In this document: positions 31,336-41,502 of the stretch, one piece after another | Numbering within the stretch: position 1 is the first letter of the stretch | Layout of the letters: the number at the start of each line of letters is the position of its first letter | Origin: a bacterium | GTDB lineage: Bacteria > SAR324 > NAC60-12 | Length of the DNA stretch: 64,000 nucleotides | Reading direction: 5' to 3' | Assembly: GCA_965233585.1 (NCBI GenBank) | Contig: CBDDTI010000747.1 | Location: 96,001 to 160,000, forward strand | Notes under the pieces: generated by a model | Told to the model about the DNA's origin: nothing | The model's input: only the letters and a program-made list of their open reading frames with translations | The model's database searches: none | Translations under genes and position numbers: made by a program

Positions 31336-33723
31336 ATGGTCTTTATTATGAAGAAGTTTTTAGCTTGTGCAGTTTTGCCTTTGACTCTTGCTGCTTGTGG
31401 AGAAATAGCTGTGGAAGAAAAACAGACTGAAAAGCCTGAAGAAATAAAGGTCACAGAAGCAACCTATCATGTTTCAGACAATCTTTTAACGTTGGTAGGC
31501 TCAAACCTTGACCAAGCAACAGATAGTCAGATTGAAGACCTCAAACTCAGTTGGCAGTCTTTTCAAAAAGAGTTAACCGATGGTCAGTATTCTGCGACAG
31601 GAAACAATGAAGAAATAGCATCAGCAACAGATGCTGATGATTTGGAACAAGGTCAGTATGCTTATAGAGAGACTCACAAAGATCAACTATGGGTTAAACT
31701 TGCAAACAGCGATGCTTTGGCTTTTGAAGACTTTGCAGCGAATGAAATTTTGGAATTAGCTCAAGGCAATACTTCAGCAGTGAAGCTAGGCGTTGGTTCA
31801 AATGCTTGGGGAGGGTTAAGCACTGACGCTACCATGAAAGTCACTATCAGGTTAGGCAATCCCTCACCCAAAAAGAAGCCCTCCAATCCACCGAAACAAG
31901 AACTTAATCCTGAGATACCTCAAAAGAAACCTTCCAATCCTCCAAAACAACAATCTAGCCCCAAACAGTCTCAACCCAACAAGGCAAAGCCCCAAGCAAA
32001 TGTCAAAGTTTCTGACCAAAAACCACTTCTCTGGTCAAAAATTTTGGATAAAACAGAAACGTGGAGACCCCAACGCAGACATCATGCCAGCGTGTCTTTT
32101 CAAGACAAGATGTGGATTTTCGGAGGAAATTCTGCGAGATCTAGAAATGACATTTGGAGTTCTGCTGATGGCAAGAATTGGAAGCGAGAGAAAGAACATG
32201 CAGAATGGCCTGCCACCAACTTCTTGAAAGTTTTTGAATTTCAAAACAAGCTCTGGCTAATTGGGGGAAGGCGTGAGGGTGATATTTGGGTGTCTTCCGA
32301 TGGTGTCCAATGGACTAAGAAAGCCTCACCAGATTTTCTAAAGAACTTATGGAGATTTGATGTGACGGTGTTTAACAACGCTATTTGGATCACAGGAGGA
32401 TACGACTGGGAGGAAGAGGTGACGAGAGGTGCGACCGATGGAGTTTGGACATCGGCAAACGGAGTAGAATGGACTCAAGTGACGTCTGACAGTGGTTGGG
32501 AACCTAGGCTAGAACATACCACTTTCGTTTTTGACGATAAATTATGGGTGATGGGAGGAAATGCAAGATTTTTTACGAATGATAAGCCTCTCAAAGACCT
32601 TTGGAGTTCCTCTGACGGCAAAAGTTGGACAAAAGAAAAAGATGACTTGAACATTGACTTCCCAGAACAAGTTATTTTTGACAACAAGATTTGGTTGTTA
32701 GATTCCGATGACACAGTTTGGTACTCTACGAATGGTCAAGATTGGCAAGATCAAGCCCAAATTCAAGGATTTGGATTGCACGAGTTTAGCAGTCTGGTGT
32801 TTCAAGACAAAATCTGGGTGATTGATAAAGATGCACGGAGTCTTTTAAGCTCTGCTGATGGAAAGACTTGGAATATAGAATCGCCAAATTATTGGGCGCC
32901 CAACACATCAAGTGTTGTTTTTAAAGATAAAATATGGACACTGGGCGGTTTTTGTGGTCAGGAGTGTTGGAATAACAATGTTTGGAGTTCTGCTGACGGA
33001 GTCAACTGGACAGAAGAACAGGCAGCAGCACCTTGGAAACCACGTTATAATCACACGAGCGTCGTGTTCAAAGATAGAATCTGGGTCATTGGTGGTTATC
33101 AGTCATGGGAGGCTGACATCTGGAGTTCTGCTGATGGAAAAACATGGCAAAAAGAAGTTGACCAAGTGGATTTTTCTGATAGTCAACGTTGGATTATTGC
33201 CAGAATGACAAGTCTTGTCTTTAAAGACAGAATTTGGGTTCTAGGTGCAGGAGATACACACAACGGAAACTACAAGAAAATTTATAGCTCTGACGATGGT
33301 AAGAATTGGAGGGAAGAGGGAACTTTTAACTTTCCTTTTCGTCATGCTAGTCTTGTCTTCCAAAATAAAATGTGGATTTTAGATAGTGAATTTAAGGGGG
33401 CTTGGAGTTCTGCTGATGGCAACACTTGGACGAAAGAAAGCACACTTCCAAGTGATTCATTTAACAATTTTTATGCTGTTGTCCTAGACAAAAGAATTTG
33501 GATTTTTGGAGGCTCTAGTAGCACAGGAAAAAACAGCCCTGTTTATAGTTCTGCTGACGGAAAAACATGGCAAAAAGAAAAGACCCCTGTGCCTTGGGTG
33601 GGAAGTAGCACACTTGCATCCGCCCTAGTCTTTCAAGACAAAATTTATGTCTTAGGTGGGTTTAATGGACAAAAAGTAGAATATGAAAACATCGTTTGGA
33701 AAGCAGAATTAGAAACCGAATAA
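31336..33723 (+). CDS. Surface lipoprotein with Pro/Lys linker and Asp-box/kelch-like (W-S-S-x-D-G-x-x-W) beta-propeller repeats
   Basis: Lipobox LAAC; about ten repeats of VF-x-DKIWVLGG..WSSADGKTW; start may be the ATG at 31348. Confidence 0.82.
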   Translation: MVFIMKKFLACAVLPLTLAACGEIAVEEKQTEKPEEIKVTEATYHVSDNLLTLVGSNLDQATDSQIEDLKLSWQSFQKELTDGQYSATGNNEEIASATDADDLEQGQYAYRETHKDQLWVKLANSDALAFEDFAANEILELAQGNTSAVKLGVGSNAWGGLSTDATMKVTIRLGNPSPKKKPSNPPKQELNPEIPQKKPSNPPKQQSSPKQSQPNKAKPQANVKVSDQKPLLWSKILDKTETWRPQRRHHASVSFQDKMWIFGGNSARSRNDIWSSADGKNWKREKEHAEWPATNFLKVFEFQNKLWLIGGRREGDIWVSSDGVQWTKKASPDFLKNLWRFDVTVFNNAIWITGGYDWEEEVTRGATDGVWTSANGVEWTQVTSDSGWEPRLEHTTFVFDDKLWVMGGNARFFTNDKPLKDLWSSSDGKSWTKEKDDLNIDFPEQVIFDNKIWLLDSDDTVWYSTNGQDWQDQAQIQGFGLHEFSSLVFQDKIWVIDKDARSLLSSADGKTWNIESPNYWAPNTSSVVFKDKIWTLGGFCGQECWNNNVWSSADGVNWTEEQAAAPWKPRYNHTSVVFKDRIWVIGGYQSWEADIWSSADGKTWQKEVDQVDFSDSQRWIIARMTSLVFKDRIWVLGAGDTHNGNYKKIYSSDDGKNWREEGTFNFPFRHASLVFQNKMWILDSEFKGAWSSADGNTWTKESTLPSDSFNNFYAVVLDKRIWIFGGSSSTGKNSPVYSSADGKTWQKEKTPVPWVGSSTLASALVFQDKIYVLGGFNGQKVEYENIVWKAELETE

Positions 33724-33845
33724 TTGCCTTGAGTCTTTTTAAAAAAATCTTGTTTTACAACTTTTTTTATGGCATAGCTTGTCAAAAAAAACAATATAGT
33801 TATACTTTTCATATAAATTTCAAAATCATAACTTGTGAGGACAGC

Positions 33846-35972
33846 ATGAAAAAGTTGCTTATTTGGAGTTGGTTGCTATTTTTTATTGTTGGATGCGGAG
33901 ACCAAGAAGAAGAGAACATCAATACTAAAGTCAGTGAAAAAGTAGAGAAACTACAAGAGGAACAAGAACCTCCAGAATCTTCAAAGGAGGAGGAGGAACA
34001 ATTCCAAGACAAACAAGAACAACATCAGAATTATAAGGAATCTCAAGATATTCCCTTGAAACGTCCTGCTGTTCAAAAGAGTAAACCCAAAAAGGATAAA
34101 ACTCCGAAAAACCCCGTTGTTCAAAAAAGTAAACCTAAAAAAGATAAAACTCAACCCAAGCCAAAGCCCCAAGCAAATGTCAAAGTTTCTGACCAAAAAC
34201 CACTTCTCTGGTCAAAAATTTTGGATAAAACAGAAACTTGGAGACCACGAAGAAGTTCTTCCGCTGCTATTGCTTTTCAGGGAAAACTTTGGATTTTTGG
34301 TGGGAGCAGTGTTGGTAGAAAAAATGACATTTGGAATTCTGTTGATGGCAAGAATTGGACAAGAGTCAAAGAATTTGCCGAATGGTCACCGCGTCTTTTC
34401 CATGCTGTGTTTGAGTTTAAAAACGAGCTTTGGTTGATAGATCGTGATACTAGACCCAAAAACGATATTTGGAAATCTGCTGATGGCATCAATTGGACTT
34501 TGGTCAAAGATGCCTCAAAAGTGATTGAACGTTTTTTTATTCCTTCTGTTACGGTTTTCAAAAACCAAATTTGGATTATGGGAGACGTTAAAACTGACTC
34601 TGATGATTCATCTAGTGAGATATGGGTTTCTTCTAACGGTACAGAATGGACACAGATCGCAGTTGACCAAGATAACATATGGGAAGCCAGAGACTTTCAT
34701 CAATCCTTTGTATTTGATAACAAAATTTGGGTTGCAGGTGGAAGAGAATTTTTAGGTAAAAGGTTTGAAGATATTTGGAGTTCTGTTGATGGAAAAGTTT
34801 GGGTGAAAGAATTTGATGCCTCTCAAGCATCAGAATCTGACAGTCCTGACCATATTTACAATGCTGATTATGTTGTTTTTGATAACCAATTGTGGATGTT
34901 AGATTATACTTGGGATGATGAAACATACGCCTCATCAGGAACGGTTTGGAGTTCTGCCGATGGTCAAACATGGCAAAAAGAAGAGCAAATTCAAACATTC
35001 AATTCGTCAGAGTTCAATAGTCTAGTTTTTAATCATCAACTTTGGGTGATTGATTCAGCTGAACGCGATATTTGGAGTTCTGTTGATGGAAAAACTTGGA
35101 AGATAGAAGTTCCTAATTACTGGGCGCCCCATCATGCTAGCACTGTCTTTAAAGACAGAATTTGGATCATGGGTGGTTTTTGTGGTTCAGATTGCTGGAA
35201 CAACAATGTTTGGAGTTCTGCTGATGGAATCAATTGGCGAGAAGAACTAGATCATGCGGCTTGGAAACCTCGCTACATGCACACGGGCGTTGCCTTCAAA
35301 GATAGACTGTGGGTTATAGGTGGTTATCAATCATGGGAGGCTGACATCTGGAGTTCTGCTGATGGAAAAACATGGCAAAAAGAGTTTGACCAAACGAAAA
35401 GTCCAGAGCGATGGATTGGTCCTAGGATGACGAGTCTAGTTTTCAAAAACAAAATCTGGGTATTAGGAGCAGGAGATTATGATTCTAATACTGATAGGAA
35501 TGGTAAGGAGGTTTGGAGTTCTGCTGATGGCAAAAACTGGCAAAAAGAAGCAGAGTTGAATATGCCTTACAGTTATAGACATAGCAGTTTTGTATTCCAA
35601 AATAAAATCTGGTTCTTTCCTACTACATGGATTCAGACTAAGGATTACTATAGTTCCACAGATGGTCAGAAATGGGAGAAATCAGGAGAATTGCCTCAGC
35701 TGCCAAACTATAGCTATGTTGCTCCTTTGGGCGACAGAATTTGGTTTTTTGGAGGAGAAAAAGGTCAAGATCCTGATACCTCAATTGTTTATAGCACCCG
35801 AGATGGCAAAACATGGTCTAAAGAAAAAAACCCTGTTCCTTGGAATGATCAGGGACATAATTACGGTTCTGTTCTGACATTTAAGGATAAGCTCTATTTA
35901 TTGGGTGGATTCAATGATGAAAAGTCAGAATATGAGAATGTGGTTTGGCAAGCAGAATTAGAAACCGAATAA
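33846..35972 (+). CDS. Paralogous beta-propeller surface lipoprotein
   Basis: ATG at 33846 with GAGG RBS; lipobox IVGC; same repeats and same AELETE C-terminus. Confidence 0.82.
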   Translation: MKKLLIWSWLLFFIVGCGDQEEENINTKVSEKVEKLQEEQEPPESSKEEEEQFQDKQEQHQNYKESQDIPLKRPAVQKSKPKKDKTPKNPVVQKSKPKKDKTQPKPKPQANVKVSDQKPLLWSKILDKTETWRPRRSSSAAIAFQGKLWIFGGSSVGRKNDIWNSVDGKNWTRVKEFAEWSPRLFHAVFEFKNELWLIDRDTRPKNDIWKSADGINWTLVKDASKVIERFFIPSVTVFKNQIWIMGDVKTDSDDSSSEIWVSSNGTEWTQIAVDQDNIWEARDFHQSFVFDNKIWVAGGREFLGKRFEDIWSSVDGKVWVKEFDASQASESDSPDHIYNADYVVFDNQLWMLDYTWDDETYASSGTVWSSADGQTWQKEEQIQTFNSSEFNSLVFNHQLWVIDSAERDIWSSVDGKTWKIEVPNYWAPHHASTVFKDRIWIMGGFCGSDCWNNNVWSSADGINWREELDHAAWKPRYMHTGVAFKDRLWVIGGYQSWEADIWSSADGKTWQKEFDQTKSPERWIGPRMTSLVFKNKIWVLGAGDYDSNTDRNGKEVWSSADGKNWQKEAELNMPYSYRHSSFVFQNKIWFFPTTWIQTKDYYSSTDGQKWEKSGELPQLPNYSYVAPLGDRIWFFGGEKGQDPDTSIVYSTRDGKTWSKEKNPVPWNDQGHNYGSVLTFKDKLYLLGGFNDEKSEYENVVWQAELETE

Positions 35973-36128
35973 TTGCCTTGAGTCTTTCTCACAACAAACC
36001 TTGTCACCTAGTCTTGTTGACTTTGAAAGCCTTGCTTAGGTTCTTTGAGAATCTTTAATGTTTTAAAGAATTAGAAAGATGTTAAGTTTTTGAACATCTT
36101 CAAACTTAACGTTGTCTTAATTTGGTTC

Positions 36129-38309
36129 TTAAATTTTAATTTGACGTAAGCGATTGGAGTTTAGAACGACAGTGAGAGATGAAAGAGCCATCGCAATTCC
36201 TGCGATTGTAGGGTGTAACAACACCCCAAAGAATGGATACAACGCACCTGCCGCAACTGGGATTCCAAGGACATTGTAAATGAATGCGCCAAACAGGTTT
36301 TGTTTGATGTTACGCATCGTCAAACGAGCAACTTGAAGAGTGTGTAAAATGGTGGTTGATGAATGTTTAAGCAAGATGATGTCAGAAACCTGCAAGGCTG
36401 TGTCAGAACCTGAACCGACAGCACAACCTACATTGGCTTGAGCCAGTGCTGGGGCATCGTTAATTCCATCTCCTACCATACAAACAATCGCTCCTTTGGT
36501 CTGAAGGTTTTTAATGAACTCTTGTTTGTCTTGGGGGAGCAATAAGCCATGATGTTCTTGCACCTGAAGTTTTATAGCCACGTGTTCTACCACTTCCTGA
36601 CGATCCCCTGACAAAATCACTGTGCGAACTCCAAGTTTGTTCAGTTTTTGTACTGTCTCAAGAGCGTCTGCTTTGACAGCATCAGTCAAGAAGATTGCAC
36701 CAATCATCTGCCCATCAACTGCTACAAAAATAGGAGCAACGCCTGCTTTGGCAGGTTCTAACTGTAATAACTTGACTTGTCGTTCTTCAAAGAAACGACT
36801 TCCCCCAACCAAAACTTGTTTGCCTTCCAGCATTGCTTGTACCCCAAAACCTGAAAAACTTTCAAAATCACTGACAGCTTGCAACTCTAAATTTGTTGCA
36901 TGTTTGACAATGGCTTTGGCTAAAGGGTGTTCTGAGTGGGTTTCAACAGATGCCGCAATCCTCAACAATTCATCTTCTGACATGGTAGGTGAGATAATTT
37001 GTTCAACAATAGGTTTTCCCTCTGTCAACGTCCCAGTTTTGTCAAAAATCACATGTGTCAACTTCGCCATGTTCTGCAAGGCATTGCCATCTTGAATCAA
37101 TGCCCCCACTTCGGCAGCTTTGCCGATCCCTGCAATCACTGATGTTGGCGTTGCCAAACCCAAAGCACAAGGACACGCAATGACAAGCGTTGCAAGACCT
37201 ATGACCAGCATATAATTTGGAGCAAAGAAGAACCAAATGCTCATAGCTAACAATGCAATGCAGATGACAGTCGGTGCAAAATAATGACAAATCGTGTCAG
37301 CCAATTTGGCAAGTTCAGGCTTGGTATTTTGTGCATTTTTAACAGCACGAATGATGGCAGATAAGACGGTTGACTCACCTACATTTTCTGCACGAATGAT
37401 GAATGACCCCGAATGATTAGTGCTTCCTCCAATCACTTGAGACCCCGTTTCTTTATTCACAGGCTCCCATTCTCCAGTCAGCATAGATTCATCAACAGTG
37501 GAACGACCTTCTATCACTACTCCATCAACAGGAATTTGGTCGCCCGGACGAATTTTCAAGCAACCTCCAACCTGAATGGCTGACCATTCAATGATACGTT
37601 CTTGACCCTCTTCAATTAAAGTTGCAGTCTTTGGTCTTAAATTGAGCAGGGATTCTACCACAGAAGAAGTTTTAGTCCGCGATCGGATTTCTAGGGCTTT
37701 ACCAAATGAGACGAAACCTAGAATAAAAAGTGCAGTTTCAAAATAAAGATATTGAGAGTCTTTTGGAATTTGTTCAGTGAAAAGAATGACGACCATAGAA
37801 TAAACCCACGCCATACTTGTCCCCAAAGTGATGAGTGAATCCATGTTGGCAGAGCGATTTTTGAAAGCCTTCCATGCTCCAGCATAACGTTTGTGTCCTG
37901 AAAAGTACATCGCCACTGATGAAATGATGGCAATGAACCACACGGCAATTCTGTCTGTTGTCAAATCAATTTGGTAGGGAGACATAGACCATGCCATGAT
38001 TCCAGAACCCACCGCCAAGCTGATGATTGCCGCACGGATTGACTCTTTCCATTCCTGATTTTGGTTGGCTTTAGACTGTTGCAGTGTGGCAACATCACTT
38101 TCCACCAATGTTGCCTCATAACCTGCCTTTTTCAACAAAGACACCACTTGCTTGGGCTTGAAAGAAGACAACAAAGTCAACTCTTTTTCTGCAAAATTGA
38201 CTGATGCTGAATCTACCTCTTGTTGATTGGTCAAAAGACTTTCAATCGTTTTAACACAACCGCCACAAGAAATTCCTGCTAATGCAAATCGCATTTGATG
38301 TGTAGCCAT
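36129..38309 (-). CDS. copA: Copper-translocating P1B-type ATPase
   Basis: CGGC metal-binding domain, CPCALGLA, DKTGT, SEHPL, GDGINDAP, YN and MALSS Cu(I) signatures. Confidence 0.94.
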   Translation of the reverse strand: MATHQMRFALAGISCGGCVKTIESLLTNQQEVDSASVNFAEKELTLLSSFKPKQVVSLLKKAGYEATLVESDVATLQQSKANQNQEWKESIRAAIISLAVGSGIMAWSMSPYQIDLTTDRIAVWFIAIISSVAMYFSGHKRYAGAWKAFKNRSANMDSLITLGTSMAWVYSMVVILFTEQIPKDSQYLYFETALFILGFVSFGKALEIRSRTKTSSVVESLLNLRPKTATLIEEGQERIIEWSAIQVGGCLKIRPGDQIPVDGVVIEGRSTVDESMLTGEWEPVNKETGSQVIGGSTNHSGSFIIRAENVGESTVLSAIIRAVKNAQNTKPELAKLADTICHYFAPTVICIALLAMSIWFFFAPNYMLVIGLATLVIACPCALGLATPTSVIAGIGKAAEVGALIQDGNALQNMAKLTHVIFDKTGTLTEGKPIVEQIISPTMSEDELLRIAASVETHSEHPLAKAIVKHATNLELQAVSDFESFSGFGVQAMLEGKQVLVGGSRFFEERQVKLLQLEPAKAGVAPIFVAVDGQMIGAIFLTDAVKADALETVQKLNKLGVRTVILSGDRQEVVEHVAIKLQVQEHHGLLLPQDKQEFIKNLQTKGAIVCMVGDGINDAPALAQANVGCAVGSGSDTALQVSDIILLKHSSTTILHTLQVARLTMRNIKQNLFGAFIYNVLGIPVAAGALYPFFGVLLHPTIAGIAMALSSLTVVLNSNRLRQIKI

Positions 38310-38343
38310 ATAATCGCCCTTAAAAAATTAAAATTTGATTTTC

Positions 38344-38850
38344 CTAAAACTGACTTTGCCTAATACGATAGATTTCAGGCCACAATGATTTAACATGTTT
38401 TAAAACTGCACGGATTTGGTCATCGTTCAATCTTCCTTTAAACCCGACCATTCTTGAGTTTGGATCCCCAGAACCATTTTTGATGATGCTGAATAACACT
38501 TCGTCAGAATGATGCCATGTATGACCTGTCCCGTTCAAGGCAGGCGCAATCAAAAGACCCGCAGCACTCATGCCCCCGCGAGGTTGATTAGAATTTTCTC
38601 CAATTCCATCTTTTCCATGGCAGGAAGCACAATTTTCTGCAAACAACTGTTTGCCATCGTAGCTCACACCAGATTGTAAATTTTGGTTAAGATTAAACTC
38701 ACTTTGTTTCGTCTGCTCATAAAAATACCATACCATGCCAATCGTCAAAATGGCTCCTAAGACGATGGCAAGTTGCCTTTGGTTTGCTTTTTGTCTCTTA
38801 GTTGATTTGTTTTTTCTTGACATAGTTGAAAAATAAGGTAGGGGTTTCAA
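38344..38850 (-). CDS. Membrane-anchored monoheme cytochrome c
   Basis: CASCH heme motif, APALNGTGHTWHH, distal Met; N-terminal TM helix. Confidence 0.88.
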   Translation of the reverse strand: MKPLPYFSTMSRKNKSTKRQKANQRQLAIVLGAILTIGMVWYFYEQTKQSEFNLNQNLQSGVSYDGKQLFAENCASCHGKDGIGENSNQPRGGMSAAGLLIAPALNGTGHTWHHSDEVLFSIIKNGSGDPNSRMVGFKGRLNDDQIRAVLKHVKSLWPEIYRIRQSQF

Positions 38851-39116
38851 GAAATAGAATAAAGTTTAACAAGCTCTTGAATCATTGCCTGTTTTTTTTC
38901 AGGGGTTGACTCTAGCGTTGCAGCATAGACACAAGATTCCAGATGTTTACCAATGATTTTTCGCTCTGCTGAACAAATTGCAGAACGTGCCGCCTTGAGT
39001 TGCATCAAAATATCTGGGCAATATCTTTGATTTTCAATCATACGTTTCACACCTTCAAGTTGTCCAATAATCCGATTGATCCGAACCAGCTCGTTTTCAT
39101 GGCAGGGTGGCTTCAT
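38847..39116 (-). CDS. csoR: CsoR/RcnR-family metal-sensing repressor
   Basis: RINRIIGQLEGV..RYCPDIL..HLESCV. Confidence 0.9.
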   Translation of the reverse strand: MKPPCHENELVRINRIIGQLEGVKRMIENQRYCPDILMQLKAARSAICSAERKIIGKHLESCVYAATLESTPEKKQAMIQELVKLYSIS

Positions 39117-39150
39117 TTTTGACCTCTCTTTGAAATTATTTTAAATCAAT

Positions 39151-39180
39151 ACTCTATACCCCTATGGTGTATATTGTCAA
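39151..39180 (-). promoter_or_regulatory. csoR promoter with overlapping CsoR-type operator
   Basis: Minus-strand TTGACA (39180-39175), 18 bp, TAGAGT; pseudo-palindrome TATACCCCTATGGTGTATA (39155-39173) in the spacer. Confidence 0.75.
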
Positions 39181-39370
39181 GATAAAAAATTTCATAGAAA
39201 CTAGGAACAATGATTTGAGAAAAAATAAAGCTATTTATAGAGAAGGGAAGGCAGGGAATCTACGATTTTTTGGGAGGGAGATAACGACTCAGAGACTAGA
39301 CGACTGACAAAACAGACTTTGTTCAATTTCAAAAAGTTCTCTGAGAGTATGCGACTCGTGGAGGTGAGTC

Positions 39371-40804
39371 TTAGCCTCTTCTCCAACGATGGAACTTTTC
39401 AGAAAAGTTGATCGCCCATTCGGGAATATGTTTTTTCCTCCAAACTCCAGCAACATATTTGTTTGCTTCTGCATAAGAAGGATACAAATGAGTTGTTGCT
39501 AAAATATGGTTTAGTCCTAGTTTATGTTTCATTGCTAGAACAAACTCTGATAAAAGCTCAGCTGCATGTTCACCTACAATGGTCACACCCAAAATTTTGT
39601 CTTTGTTAACTGGTGTCAAGACTTTGATAAATCCATGGTTGACTTGGTCAACGATGGCTCTATCCAAATGGTCTAAATCAAACTCGGTTACTTCATAGTC
39701 AATGCCCTGAGATTTGGCAGTGCTTTCATGCAGCCCAACATGAGCAACTTGAGGGTGAGTAAAGATACAATAAGGCATGATGGAATGGTCACAACGAAAC
39801 CTTTTGAAGGGAGAAAAAAGAGCATTCATACTGGCGTACCAACCCTCATGTGCAGCTGCATGAGTGAATTGAGGAGGACCTGCGACATCTCCGCAAACAT
39901 AAATGGAAGGTACTTTTGTCTGTAAAAAAGCATCTGACACAACCCCTTGCCTGTTGACTTCTACCCCTAGCTTTTCCAGCCCCAAACCCTCAACATCTAT
40001 TTTTCTTCCCACTGCAAACAACACTTGATCAAATGGAATTTCAATTTCTTGTGCTTGATGTTCCGCAATCAGAACATTCTCTCCATTTTTCTTTTCAAAT
40101 TTGATTGTTTTGGATTTGCCGTAAAGTGTAATGCCTTCTTCTTGAAAACGTTTTTCCATGAAAAGAGAAGTGTCAATATCTTCCCTCGCCATTAAATGCT
40201 CTTCAAGAAACAACATGCTCACTTTTGAACCTAAGCGACTGAAGGCTTGTGCCATTTCGCAGCCAATAGCTCCTGCTCCTAAAACCAAAAGTCTTTTGGG
40301 CAGAGTGTCTATCTGCCACAAGGAATCACTGGTCAAGTAATCTATGTCTTCTAAACCTTCTATTGGTAACACATGAGGCGTGGAACCTGTTGCAATGACA
40401 ATGGCTCTAGTGGTTAAAGTGCGACCGTCCACCTCTACGGAGTGAGGGCTTGTGATAGTAGCATGCCCCTGAAGACATTCTACTCCAAGCTGCGTATATC
40501 GCTCAACGGAGTCATTTGGCTCAATTTTTTTGATTGACTCGTGTACTTTTGCCATCACATTTTTGAAGTCAAAATCAACATCTATGCTTTTTAAGCCAAA
40601 ATCTTGTGGAATTTTGGCAAGGTGTACCAGAGAGGCAACATTAATCAAGGCTTTACTTGGAACACAACCCGTATTCAAGCAATCTCCCCCCATTTTATGT
40701 TTTTCTATCAAAGCAACTTTCGCTTTTGAAGCACTGGCAATGTAAGAGCTAACCAATCCACCTGCACCTGCACCGATCACAATCAAGTTATAGTCGTATT
40801 TCAT
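39371..40804 (-). CDS. FAD-dependent pyridine nucleotide-disulfide oxidoreductase (MerA/LpdA-like, not true MerA)
   Basis: GAGAGG, GGDCLNTGCVPSK, GAGAIGCE; no C-terminal Cys-Cys pair or HMA domain. Confidence 0.88.
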   Translation of the reverse strand: MKYDYNLIVIGAGAGGLVSSYIASASKAKVALIEKHKMGGDCLNTGCVPSKALINVASLVHLAKIPQDFGLKSIDVDFDFKNVMAKVHESIKKIEPNDSVERYTQLGVECLQGHATITSPHSVEVDGRTLTTRAIVIATGSTPHVLPIEGLEDIDYLTSDSLWQIDTLPKRLLVLGAGAIGCEMAQAFSRLGSKVSMLFLEEHLMAREDIDTSLFMEKRFQEEGITLYGKSKTIKFEKKNGENVLIAEHQAQEIEIPFDQVLFAVGRKIDVEGLGLEKLGVEVNRQGVVSDAFLQTKVPSIYVCGDVAGPPQFTHAAAHEGWYASMNALFSPFKRFRCDHSIMPYCIFTHPQVAHVGLHESTAKSQGIDYEVTEFDLDHLDRAIVDQVNHGFIKVLTPVNKDKILGVTIVGEHAAELLSEFVLAMKHKLGLNHILATTHLYPSYAEANKYVAGVWRKKHIPEWAINFSEKFHRWRRG

Positions 40805-40809
40805 CGTTT

Positions 40810-41502
40810 TTATTTAGTTTTAGGTTTAAGCATTGCAAGCAATTTCTTGGAAGCAATGGGAAGTAATCCAACGAGGCTAAAGGCAATCGCTAACTCCAAA
40901 GATAAAATATCTGAAACCTGTTGAATTTGTGAAAGAGTTGTGCCAGCGTAAACATAAACAGCTGTCCCCAAAAGCATGCCGATTTGAGACACCCAATAAA
41001 AATGAACAGCCTTCACTGGTAAAAGAGCCATGAGCATATTGACTAAAAAGAACGGAAACAATGGCACAAGCCTTAACGCAAACAAATACCACAGTCCTTC
41101 CTTTTCAAAGGCTTCATTACATTTTGTAAGTGCATTGCTATATCGCTTTTGCACAGCCTCTTTGAAAAGATAACGTGTAATCAAAAAAGCAATAAAAGCC
41201 CCGAGTGAGCTGGCAAATGAGGCAATGGGAAGTCCTAACCCAAATCCAAAAATAGCTCCTGATAACAAGGTCAGCAAAGCCGCAATAGGCAGAGACAAGG
41301 CACTAGAAGCCGTGTAGATTGCAAAAAACACAATCACCACCGTCCATTGATTTTCAGCATAAAGATTTTGCCATTCTTGATAACGTTCTTTGATGTATTC
41401 TAGGCTCAAAACCTCTCCTAAACCTGAGAGAAAAAAGCCTACGATTGCCAAAATGATCGCAAGCACTAACAGTGGCTTCAAAAATTTTTGATATGGTTTC
41501 AT
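40810..41502 (-). CDS. TVP38/TMEM64 (DedA/VTT) membrane protein
   Basis: LLSGAIFG, LRLVPLFPFFLVN; start at 41502 couples (ATGA) to the upstream stop. Confidence 0.88.
   Translation of the reverse strand: MKPYQKFLKPLLVLAIILAIVGFFLSGLGEVLSLEYIKERYQEWQNLYAENQWTVVIVFFAIYTASSALSLPIAALLTLLSGAIFGFGLGLPIASFASSLGAFIAFLITRYLFKEAVQKRYSNALTKCNEAFEKEGLWYLFALRLVPLFPFFLVNMLMALLPVKAVHFYWVSQIGMLLGTAVYVYAGTTLSQIQQVSDILSLELAIAFSLVGLLPIASKKLLAMLKPKTK

Noticed and set aside
33696..33845. ORF-track TTG start for the second propeller gene
   Set aside because: It overlaps the upstream gene; the ATG at 33846 has an RBS and gives a proper lipoprotein signal peptide
31336..35972. Diversity-generating retroelement acting on the propeller genes
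   Set aside because: No reverse transcriptase in the window, and differences between the paralogs are not adenine-specific
39371..40804. Mercuric reductase merA
   Set aside because: No C-terminal Cys-Cys pair, no HMA domain and no mer genes
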